A stretch of DNA of 64,000 bases, taken from the NCBI GenBank assembly GCA_000002435.2, contig CM018790.1. One strand, 5' to 3'. A program made the translations under genes and the position numbers. Shown here piece by piece: positions 9,211 to 18,348 of the stretch. Source of the stretch: Giardia intestinalis (lineage: Eukaryota). Under the pieces are notes generated by a model. It was not told the DNA's origin. It searched no databases and saw nothing but the letters and a program-made list of their open reading frames with translations. Numbering within the stretch: position 1 is the first letter of the stretch; the number at the start of each line of letters is the position of its first letter.

Positions 9211-12200
9211 ATGTTGCTAGGGCTTCTCCTATTTTGTGCAGTAGCACGGGCAAACTGCAAGGCCGGGAACACGCCCTCACAAGACGGGACGACGTGCGAG
9301 CCGAATGCAAACGGATGTGCCAAAGCCTTGACCGACGCCGGCTGTGCGACCTGCACCCCGGCGGGTGACGACCAGACGTGCCTCACCTGCAACCCCGGTT
9401 CAAACAAGGTCAGGCCGGACAGGAAGGGCTGCATCGCTTCGTGTCCCGCCAACTCGAACGAGGCAGGAGGAATCTGCACGTGCACGGCCGGGAACACGCC
9501 CTCACAAGACGGGACGACGTGCGAGCCGAATGCAAACGGATGTGCCAAAGCCTTGACCGACGCCGGCTGTGCGACCTGCACCCCGGCGGGTGACGACCAG
9601 ACGTGCCTCACCTGCAACCCCGGTTCAAACAAGGTCAGGCCGGACAGGAAGGGCTGCATCGCTTCGTGTCCCGCCAACTCGAACGAGGCAGGAGGAATCT
9701 GCACGTGCACGGCCGGGAACACGCCCTCACAAGACGGGACGACGTGCGAGCCGAATGCAAACGGATGTGCCAAAGCCTTGACCGACGCCGGCTGTGCGAC
9801 CTGCACCCCGGCGGGTGACGACCAGACGTGCCTCACCTGCAACCCCGGTTCAAACAAGGTCAGGCCGGACAGGAAGGGCTGCATCGCTTCGTGTCCCGCC
9901 AACTCGAACGAGGCAGGAGGAATCTGCACGTGCACGGCCGGGAACACGCCCTCACAAGACGGGACGACGTGCGAGCCGAATGCAAACGGATGTGCCAAAG
10001 CCTTGACCGACGCCGGCTGTGCGACCTGCACCCCGGCGGGTGACGACCAGACGTGCCTCACCTGCAACCCCGGTTCAAACAAGGTCAGGCCGGACAGGAA
10101 GGGCTGCATCGCTTCGTGTCCCGCCAACTCGAACGAGGCAGGAGGAATCTGCACGTGCACGGCCGGGAACACGCCCTCACAAGACGGGACGACGTGCGAG
10201 CCGAATGCAAACGGATGTGCCAAAGCCTTGACCGACGCCGGCTGTGCGACCTGCACCCCGGCGGGTGACGACCAGACGTGCCTCACCTGCAACCCCGGTT
10301 CAAACAAGGTCAGGCCGGACAGGAAGGGCTGCATCGCTTCGTGTCCCGCCAACTCGAACGAGGCAGGAGGAATCTGCACGTGCACGGCCGGGAACACGCC
10401 CTCACAAGACGGGACGACGTGCGAGCCGAATGCAAACGGATGTGCCAAAGCCTTGACCGACGCCGGCTGTGCGACCTGCACCCCGGCGGGTGACGACCAG
10501 ACGTGCCTCACCTGCAACCCCGGTTCAAACAAGGTCAGGCCGGACAGGAAGGGCTGCATCGCTTCGTGTCCCGCCAACTCGAACGAGGCAGGAGGAATCT
10601 GCACGTGCACGGCCGGGAACACGCCCTCACAAGACGGGACGACGTGCGAGCCGAATGCAAACGGATGTGCCAAAGCCTTGACCGACGCCGGCTGTGCGAC
10701 CTGCACCCCGGCGGGTGACGACCAGACGTGCCTCACCTGCAACCCCGGTTCAAACAAGGTCAGGCCGGACAGGAAGGGCTGCATCGCTTCGTGTCCCGCC
10801 AACTCGAACGAGGCAGGAGGAATCTGCACGTGCACGGCCGGGAACACGCCCTCACAAGACGGGACGACGTGCGAGCCGAATGCAAACGGATGTGCCAAAG
10901 CCTTGACCGACGCCGGCTGTGCGACCTGCACCCCGGCGGGTGACGACCAGACGTGCCTCACCTGCAACCCCGGTTCAAACAAGGTCAGGCCGGACAGGAA
11001 GGGCTGCATCGCTTCGTGTCCCGCCAACTCGAACGAGGCAGGAGGAATCTGCACGTGCACGGCCGGGAACACGCCCTCACAAGACGGGACGACGTGCGAG
11101 CCGAATGCAAACGGATGTGCCAAAGCCTTGACCGACGCCGGCTGTGCGACCTGCACCCCGGCGGGTGACGACCAGACGTGCCTCACCTGCAACCCCGGTT
11201 CAAACAAGGTCAGGCCGGACAGGAAGGGCTGCATCGCTTCGTGTCCCGCCAACTCGAACGAGGCAGGAGGAATCTGCACGTGCACGGCCGGGAACACGCC
11301 CTCACAAGACGGGACGACGTGCGAGCCGAATGCAAACGGATGTGCCAAAGCCTTGACCGACGCCGGCTGTGCGACCTGCACCCCGGCGGGTGACGACCAG
11401 ACGTGCCTCACCTGCAACCCCGGTTCAAACAAGGTCAGGCCGGACAGGAAGGGCTGCATCGCTTCGTGTCCCGCCAACTCGAACGAGGCAGGAGGAATCT
11501 GCACGTGCACGGCCGGGAACACGCCCTCACAAGACGGGACGACGTGCGTATCAGAGACGGCCTGCAATACTCCCAACTGCAAGGCATGTGATAACCCGAA
11601 GACTGACAGAGAGGTCTGTACTGAATGTAATGATAAAAGTTATCTCACTCCAACAAATCAGTGCGTATCCGACTGCACGGCCATCAGCGGATACTATGGA
11701 GATACTGACAGGAAGTGTAAGGCATGCAGCCCTGAGTGCGCTGAGTGCGTTGGGCCAGCCAACAATCAGTGTAGTGCTTGTCCTGCTGGCAAGGCATTAA
11801 TATACAAAAGTAGTGATCCTATGCAAGGGGGCACCTGCGGGGATGCGTGTACGGCGGACAAGAACGGATGTAAGGTCTGTGGGGCAAGGATCGGCGGGAC
11901 AGACTACTGCTCCCAGTGCTCAGTGGATAATCAGGCTCCTCTGAACGGGGTCTGTACAACAAGTAACGCACGAGTAGCTTTCTGTACTGAAATGAATAAT
12001 GGAGCATGTACCAAATGCGCCGCTAACTACTTCCTCAAGGAAGGCGGCTGCTATGAAACTACCAAGCAGCCAGGCAAACAGATATGCACATTAGCTGATA
12101 GCAAGGGTGAGTGCGAAACATGTGCCAATGGTCTTCAGCCCAATAATGGAGCATGCCCCTCGTGTCATTCGACCTGCAAGACATGCTCGACTGCAGATAG

Positions 12201-12510
12201 CTCTGATAAGTGTACGTCATGCGCAGCTGGGTACTATATGGTCGGATCAGCAGCTGGACCATGCACTTCGTGTGACAGCAACAGTGGAAGTGTCAAGGGA
12301 GTTGCTGGCTGCATGAGCTGCGCTCCTCCATCTAATAATCAAGGCTCCGTCCTCTGCTACCTCATGAACGGTGACAGTGCCGGCGGAAGCACGAACAAGA
12401 GTGGCCTTTCTACCGGCGCCATTGCAGGCATCGCCGTGGCCGCTGTCATCATCGTCGGGGGCCTCGTCGGCTTCCTCTGCTGGTGGTTCCTCTGCCGCGG
12501 AAAGGCATAG
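9211..12510 (+). CDS. vsp: Variant-specific surface protein (VSP), intact, 1099 aa. Has signal peptide MLLGLLLFCAVARA, ~10 identical 75-aa Cys-rich tandem repeats, conserved C-terminal Cys-rich region, a TM segment (GAIAGIAVAAVIIVGGLVGFLCWWFL) and the CRGKA cytoplasmic tail.
   Basis: ATG at 9211; many CXXC motifs; GGCY-like motif; C-terminal ...CWWFLCRGKA* is the invariant Giardia VSP tail; AGTAAAC poly(A) signal 20 nt after the TAG stop. Confidence 0.92.
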   Translation: MLLGLLLFCAVARANCKAGNTPSQDGTTCEPNANGCAKALTDAGCATCTPAGDDQTCLTCNPGSNKVRPDRKGCIASCPANSNEAGGICTCTAGNTPSQDGTTCEPNANGCAKALTDAGCATCTPAGDDQTCLTCNPGSNKVRPDRKGCIASCPANSNEAGGICTCTAGNTPSQDGTTCEPNANGCAKALTDAGCATCTPAGDDQTCLTCNPGSNKVRPDRKGCIASCPANSNEAGGICTCTAGNTPSQDGTTCEPNANGCAKALTDAGCATCTPAGDDQTCLTCNPGSNKVRPDRKGCIASCPANSNEAGGICTCTAGNTPSQDGTTCEPNANGCAKALTDAGCATCTPAGDDQTCLTCNPGSNKVRPDRKGCIASCPANSNEAGGICTCTAGNTPSQDGTTCEPNANGCAKALTDAGCATCTPAGDDQTCLTCNPGSNKVRPDRKGCIASCPANSNEAGGICTCTAGNTPSQDGTTCEPNANGCAKALTDAGCATCTPAGDDQTCLTCNPGSNKVRPDRKGCIASCPANSNEAGGICTCTAGNTPSQDGTTCEPNANGCAKALTDAGCATCTPAGDDQTCLTCNPGSNKVRPDRKGCIASCPANSNEAGGICTCTAGNTPSQDGTTCEPNANGCAKALTDAGCATCTPAGDDQTCLTCNPGSNKVRPDRKGCIASCPANSNEAGGICTCTAGNTPSQDGTTCEPNANGCAKALTDAGCATCTPAGDDQTCLTCNPGSNKVRPDRKGCIASCPANSNEAGGICTCTAGNTPSQDGTTCVSETACNTPNCKACDNPKTDREVCTECNDKSYLTPTNQCVSDCTAISGYYGDTDRKCKACSPECAECVGPANNQCSACPAGKALIYKSSDPMQGGTCGDACTADKNGCKVCGARIGGTDYCSQCSVDNQAPLNGVCTTSNARVAFCTEMNNGACTKCAANYFLKEGGCYETTKQPGKQICTLADSKGECETCANGLQPNNGACPSCHSTCKTCSTADSSDKCTSCAAGYYMVGSAAGPCTSCDSNSGSVKGVAGCMSCAPPSNNQGSVLCYLMNGDSAGGSTNKSGLSTGAIAGIAVAAVIIVGGLVGFLCWWFLCRGKA
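9262..11547 (+). repeat. In-frame tandem array of ~10.2 identical 225-bp units inside the VSP gene. Each unit encodes 75 aa (...AGNTPSQDGTTCEPNANGCAKALTDAGCATCTPAGDDQTCLTCNPGSNKVRPDRKGCIASCPANSNEAGGICTCT).
   Basis: Identical shadow ORFs recur every 225 nt (9344, 9569, 9794 ... 11369) on the plus strand, and the minus-strand ORF 9153..11582 shows a matching 75-aa periodicity. No unit-to-unit differences visible in the translations. Confidence 0.93.
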
Positions 12511-15500
12511 ATTTAGATATGACTTAGGTAGTAAACGCATCTACTATGTGTAGCCTGTGATACTCAAACCACTACGGACCCCTGCACAACGCGCAGGGAA
12601 ACAGAAAATCCAAAAACAAGCGGTGATGCCGCCCCATGTGCCTGCTGCCTCGCGGCCAATCAGAGAACGAATCGGGTGCCTTTGCTGCGCCTAAGCCCCA
12701 CTGCCGGCTCCTTTCCTGGTGTCTCTACATCCCTGGAGAGCCAGCATCCACGCCTTCCCTGTACGAGTCGGGTCTCTGCGGACCCCTGTGCATCGGCACT
12801 CTCCTCTCAGCCTCTGTAGTACTCTCATCCCTTTGGATTATGTCTGCGACTTCCGGCTGTCGTGGGGGAATCGCACTCAAGGACAGTCCCTTGCGAGATC
12901 CCGAAAGAAGGTTACAGTGGTCGCTAGGGTCCATGAAAGGTGTGAATCAGCATAGAGTAGCTCGTGAGACGCTCTGATCTATTGGGAATGCATGGCGCTA
13001 TTTCTGATCTTTTGTAATGAATACTTTAAGACACTCCATCACCTGACAAGGTGCCAGGTGGGCTCAGAAGGCAGCCAGCCCTCCCAGATCTGGACAAGAT
13101 GGAAGCACTACCCAAAGCGTGCTGTCTCCTGAGCCAGTGAACTAGGACTCCTGTCACCCCAGATCATCATAGTGCTACCGCTGTCCACTATGGAAGTACT
13201 TGGACCCACAGTGCCTGAGGTTGTTGGTGCAGGCGGCAAAGGGCTCTTCATAGTGGGCTACCATCAGTGGAAGGAACGGGAGCCTGGGTGTCTTGTCCTT
13301 CTGCCAGTGATCGGCACCCGTTGCTGTGGGTACTGGGGTGGCGGAAGTTCCCACCTGCTGACAAGGAGCCGGGCGATGTTCGCTTGTCATTGTCAACCCG
13401 GGCTGTGGCTGGCCCTGGGCAGATAGACAATGAGCACAGGGATCCCGTCCCCCGTCGTAAACCACGCCACACAGAAAGGGTGTGGTAGCTCGATGGATCT
13501 CCCCACACTGCACAACCAAAGAAGAACGGCCCTTTGGTGCGTAGCTCTGGGAGCCTGCAGAGCCTGACTGAGGGGATCACGTCTTGACGTTGATTTCTGA
13601 TACGGTTCGGTAGAGGCCAGATTGATGCTCGCAAGCTTGTGAGAAGCACCAGGGCCGGCACATGCACCTGGACAGCAATGCAAGCACACATCTCGGATGC
13701 AACTCCGCTGAGGATCTTGCGAGGGGTCGGCTTGGGTCAGTGGTGGAAGGACTTTGCGCAAGCGCTCCATGCATCAGGGGCCCCTCGAGACCACGAAAGC
13801 TCGGCGGCGCTGGCGCACATGTGACCGCGTGACAGCTTACAGGTGGAAAGGCTGGGCGCGCATAACAATACGCCCATGAGAGCTATGCACAGCGCAGTGG
13901 CCCGGCTGGCTCCTCTCGTAATACGGAGCATCGGTTGCGGGCATGTGCTCTTGAAGAGTAGGGGGCACCCAGATGAGTAGTGCAGACGTGAGTGAATTGA
14001 CGGCGCTCAGAGTAAGCATCGGGTGGACAAGTAGGAGACAAGAGCTTATGGCACCACCTGGTCGATGAACGACTCAAGATATGTGACGTATAGCAATCCT
14101 TCGACAGGAGGTGATGATTGGCCGACAGATGCCAGAACAGATGTGCAGATTGGAGCCCTGGTGGTGGTCTGCCACAAGAGGACGCAGGCAGTATCCGTTT
14201 GGATAGTAGATACGCTGACTGCCACCGGTTTGCACAGCACACCTCTACAATCGATCCCAGCCTGTATAAGGAAAGAAAGCGAATGTTCTCGGTTTCAGAC
14301 AGAGCAGACCCCGATAAATACTATGCTGCTACAAACACATAAAATCAAAAGACAGCGTCCGTCTCATCTGCAGACCCCACAGCCCTTCCATGCTCAGAAG
14401 CCGGGGAGGCACTACAGGCGTCCTTTGTGCAACCCGGGCCGATGGCTGGACTCGCTAGTGCTAGTCCTATCTCCCTGGCCCGCCGGTCACCCCTGCCTTC
14501 TCTCCGGGAACTGCCGCGTACGGATAGCCTCCTCGGCTGAGGCGTATCACCAGGGACCAGCACTAAGGCAAGCGCGGCCGGAGACAGACACCTCGCAGTT
14601 GTCCAACGCTAGCAGCGAGTATGCAAATGAGTGTGCATCTTTGACGAGTGTGCTGTGATCTAGATGCCCGGAAGGCTGGGCTCATAGCAGCTGGTGCGCA
14701 GGCCCCATCGCTAGCCTCACACGCAAGTTGCTGGTCTATCTTGGAGGGCGGCGGGCGTCCCTGCTGCAATCAGCACTTGCTTTGCCAGTAGCGATGGCCC
14801 AGGTCATGGTATCTGGTCCACGCTGAATGTCACGCAAGGATGCGCCTACTGCTCGAGAGGACCAGCACGGCATCTGCCGGTCTACGGGCGCACGTGCTCT
14901 CCCATTGTGGCAAGCACAGGGAAGGAGTGGTCGCCAGTGGGGCAGCTAGACGTGCTGGCCGGCGCCGCCATGCACAGGTGAAGCAGCTGCCCCTCCATGA
15001 ATACGCTACCCTGCCCACATAGCTGCGTCCCTTGAGCTGCTCGTGGCCATGGGTACCTATGACACGGCAGATGCCGAAGGGCGTCGTAAGGGACCCCCAT
15101 GCCCCTTATCGAGCAAGCTGGCGCGACATAGCCGGCCCTGTGCGGGGGGGCGCTGTTCTAGGAGACGGTGGCCGCCACGGACACGTCCGTTCTAGTAGTA
15201 AACGGCGGACCTCCGTGACGGCGTCCGTTATCATGGCTTCCATCTGCATGTCGAGTCTAGCTGCTGACTGGCCCGGACAGGCGGCAGGCGAGACCCTGGG
15301 CCGCTCGCACGTAACCCAGCGGCTGTCTGCTCAGTCGAAGGGATGCAGCCTTAAATATGCGTCCACAGGGCAGCATCCGCCGCCGATGGGAACGACTCAA
15401 CCGCTCTTCTAGCTTTAGCTAAACAGTCCTGTCCTCGAAGTGCACCGGGAGGCCCTTGTCCAGCACACATCATACGATATTCGGAGGTCATGAAGTGCGT

Positions 15501-15711
15501 ATTCGGTGCGTCTATCAGACGTCAATACGGCTGGATTAGCCGTCCTATTGCCAGGTTGTGCCGCCTCGAGTTAGCAGAGAGCTATGCTCCACCCTCTGCA
15601 GGCTGCTCTCTCAGTCGCGGCTCAGCCCTTGCCCCGGAATTCCGATACCATTCAGGCTCTGCCTCGTCCGCCCGCTGCACTGTAGTGTAGGAGCGCAGGC
15701 CTCGGTCCACA
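11644..15711. repeat. Right arm of the ~4,068-bp inverted repeat (mirror of 4103-8170).
   Basis: Same as left arm. One confirmed difference: right 12304 g vs the complement of left 7510 t, giving VSP residue A vs T (GVAGCM vs GVTGCM). Confidence 0.92.
12530..12536 (+). terminator. Polyadenylation signal AGTAAAC (AGTPuAAPy consensus) for the VSP gene.
   Basis: agtaaac located 20 nt downstream of the TAG at 12508-12510. Confidence 0.55.
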
Positions 15712-15909
15712 CTTCAGTGTTACCCATTCCCATAGTGCAATCCGTCACATTAGAAGATCAAGGATGTTTTAGCTTAGTCTTTGCAACCATCTATGAAGAG
15801 TGCTTCGCAAAGGAAAGAACATGGCAAAACTTTATTGGGACTTTGTCCAGCACTCTTCTAAGCCTAGAATCCGCATTGCCAACGACTAGGGAAGTATCGA
15901 ATGTTCTAG

Positions 15910-16862
15910 GAAACCGCTTGGAAGCACAGCCCACGATATGTTGCCCTGCAAGAGCCTTTCCCTTTAACTCGGCGCATTCAGCCATGCACTCCCACCTCTA
16001 TAGAATTCCGAGACGTCTGCTTTTCCTACAAGACGGGCTGCGATATTCTACATGGCTTGACCCTGTTTGTTCATCCCGGTCAGAAGGTTGCTATCGTGGG
16101 AGGTCGGGGATTGGCAAGTCCACGATCATCAACCTCTTGACGCGGCTATACACCACACCCCAGCATCAGGACACTTCGTCGCCCGGAATCTATCTCAATG
16201 GCAGGGCTATAGGGTCCATCCCACGCGAGGAGCTACGGAGGCTTATAACAGTCGTCCCGCAGGATAACATACTCATCAGGGGCTCTGCCACGGACAACAT
16301 CGCCTATGGACAGCCTCGCAAGCTCCCGGGCTCCCACGCAGAAGAGGAGCAGAGGCGCTACATCCGAGAAGTCATTCGGCTATGCTACGAGGCTTCCCGT
16401 GTTGTTGCGGCTGAAGAGCTCCTGGGAGACGCACCATACAGTGGAACCCTGCAGGGCCTTTCTGGGGGACAACGCCAACGGGTAGGAATTGCCAGAGCTG
16501 TCGCACGTGGAGGCAGCGTTCTTGTGCTCGACGAGGCGACGTCGGCACTCGACGAAGAGACAGAGAAGCGGGTCCTCCAACAGCTATTCCGCTCACTGGA
16601 CCCCAACCAGAGCGTCGTCATTATCAGTCACAGACTCTCCACTCTCCGGTATGTCGACCTGATTTATGTCCTAGATAATCCAGATGGCAGTGGAGCGCGC
16701 GTGGTAGAGTCAGGCTCGTACGACTGGTTCGTTGCCGAAAGCCAATATCTGAAGGATGCAGGCCAGGATATCTCTGACCTTGTGAGTAACTGTGGCTGTA
16801 GCAGCGCAGGTGTTACCCCAGGCTTCTCCCATGCAACTCTTGATGCAAAGGGGGATCCGTAG
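15910..16862 (+). pseudogene. ABC-transporter C-terminal nucleotide-binding-domain remnant (ABCB/MDR-like NBD). No start codon or transmembrane domain, and a 1-nt deletion (G-run ~16098-16104) splits the Walker A motif between two frames.
   Basis: Frame +1 (15910-16110): ...SIEFRDVCFSYKTGCDILHGLTLFVHPGQKVAIVGG. After the shift, frame 0 continues: SGIGKSTIINLL...IAYGQP...LSGGQRQRVGIARAV (ABC signature)...VLVLDEATSALD (Walker B)...ISHRLSTL (H-loop). The long 15558..16862 ORF only seems to start inside the inverted repeat because the repeat's GC-rich DNA reads open in that frame. Confidence 0.7.
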
Positions 16863-16903
16863 AAGCAAAGCACGCCTGGTGGCGAAGACGAGTAAAAATA
16901 AAA

Positions 16904-17500
16904 ATGCCAGCAAATGAACACTGCGCAGATCTGATTTCTCGCCTGTTATATTTGCGCTCCCTACAAGCCCTGTACATAAACAGACGCGTCGAAAAAACGG
17001 TCTACATGAAACAGATAAATGACCTTTTTGGTATTCCAGGATCCCAAGAGGGGCCCATTCAAATCCTACTCAAAAGCCTAAAAATTGGAACACTTAGTGA
17101 ACTTCGCAGGTTGCTGAAGAACTACGAGATAGATTGCACTGAAATATCGTCTATTGAATACATTCTGCTTGAGCGCAAAGTCGTCAGTGGGGAGTATTGC
17201 CAGAAGGTAGATAAAAATACCAGGGAGCTGCTCGAATGCTTGTATGAAACAATAAACCTCCTAACGCCCAATTCGCCCCTAAGTTATGATCAACTTCTAA
17301 CGTATGGCAATAATCTGGTGTCCAAAGCAAAAAAACTCACAGATGGCGTCAACTCAACGTGGCCAGTACTCAAGGAACTCGAAGGCTTAGTAGAACAGAT
17401 AGAGCATGAAGCTAATTTGAAAACAAACATCTGTCCAGCAGATTTAAAAAGTGCATTTGCAGAACGTTTAAAAAGCATATATGATAAAATATTCTGCTGA
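16904..17500 (+). CDS. Hypothetical protein (198 aa). Stops at a TGA that is in frame with, and 3 nt before, the next ORF.
   Basis: ATG at 16904; no recognisable motifs. Confidence 0.4.
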   Translation: MPANEHCADLISRLLYLRSLQALYINRRVEKTVYMKQINDLFGIPGSQEGPIQILLKSLKIGTLSELRRLLKNYEIDCTEISSIEYILLERKVVSGEYCQKVDKNTRELLECLYETINLLTPNSPLSYDQLLTYGNNLVSKAKKLTDGVNSTWPVLKELEGLVEQIEHEANLKTNICPADLKSAFAERLKSIYDKIFC

Positions 17501-17503
17501 CAA

Positions 17504-18274
17504 ATGATAAAGCTTAGACTAGAGGACAGTAAATCGCACATTCTGAAGGCAGGAGATGGCGAGTTAGTGGACGCTTTGGACCATACAGGGGAACAATCTG
17601 CAAGGGTGATGAGGGCATCACCTTTTGCGGTTCCATACCCTACCAAAGCAGACGCGTCTGTCTATAAGTATCTCTGCTACCTGGAGTTTCTTCTGAAGCT
17701 CCAGAGGAGGTGCCATGGCTCTCAAGAGGTGGAAACCGAAATTCATGCCGTGTTGAGCACAAAGGGCCCGATCGTTAGAGGATGTTCTCTGCTGCACATC
17801 AGGACGATGGATAGTCTAGTTCGTCGCCTCAAATCGTTCTTTATAGACTTTCAGAACTGCTACGATGCAATTACATTGGTTGGCAAAGAGCTATTTGTGG
17901 GAGACAACATTGTCTGTCCACAGGTAGATAGAGATGAACTTCTATCAAGCTTTTATGTGCTTATTGGGCTTCTCAACGAAAGATCTTCACCGGCTTATCT
18001 CGAGGAAGTCTATTACTCCATCTGGGGGCTTGTTCGACAGATAGATGGTACTCAAGCAATTCAAGATGCCTTCTTCACAGAACGGAATGCACTCGTTGGC
18101 ATCTTGCAGGAGCTTTATGGTTATGTAAAGCAAAAAGAGAAGGAAACTGCGATAGACTTACCTTCGCAGATTGGAAAGCCTACCCAGCGTCTACTTGATA
18201 TTGCTCTCCGTAAGCGTTTACTCGAGCAGCTTGTTCCCCTCTACAAAGCGATGCATGCTCAAGTCAACGTCTGA
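17504..18274 (+). CDS. Hypothetical protein (256 aa), same frame as 16904..17500.
   Basis: ATG at 17504 immediately after TGA-CAA; no recognisable motifs. Confidence 0.4.
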   Translation: MIKLRLEDSKSHILKAGDGELVDALDHTGEQSARVMRASPFAVPYPTKADASVYKYLCYLEFLLKLQRRCHGSQEVETEIHAVLSTKGPIVRGCSLLHIRTMDSLVRRLKSFFIDFQNCYDAITLVGKELFVGDNIVCPQVDRDELLSSFYVLIGLLNERSSPAYLEEVYYSIWGLVRQIDGTQAIQDAFFTERNALVGILQELYGYVKQKEKETAIDLPSQIGKPTQRLLDIALRKRLLEQLVPLYKAMHAQVNV

Positions 18275-18348
18275 CCTGCCATACTAGCGAATGGGCCCGC
18301 CGAACTTGAAAAAGGACAATCAAGCAACATGAAAATTCCAAAAAAGAG

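Noticed and set aside
9262-11547. Regular 225-bp repeat array considered as a possible CRISPR-like or satellite array
   Set aside because: Units are identical with no intervening spacers, and they are in-frame within a eukaryotic surface-protein gene. This is an intragenic coding tandem repeat.
9153-11582. 809-aa minus-strand ORF and a ladder of identical 70/71-aa plus-strand ORFs every 225 nt (9344, 9378, 9569 ...)
   Set aside because: Shadow ORFs produced by the GC-rich, perfectly periodic VSP tandem repeat. The real gene is the plus-strand VSP 9211..12510, with signal peptide, CXXC motifs, TM segment and CRGKA tail.
15558-16862. 434-aa ORF taken at face value as an intact gene
   Set aside because: Its first ~50 codons are open reading through repeat-arm sequence (GTG start, mirrored at 3930..4256). 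The ABC NBD homology begins only at ~15970, in another frame, and is frameshifted inside Walker A. It is therefore treated as a gene remnant, not a CDS.
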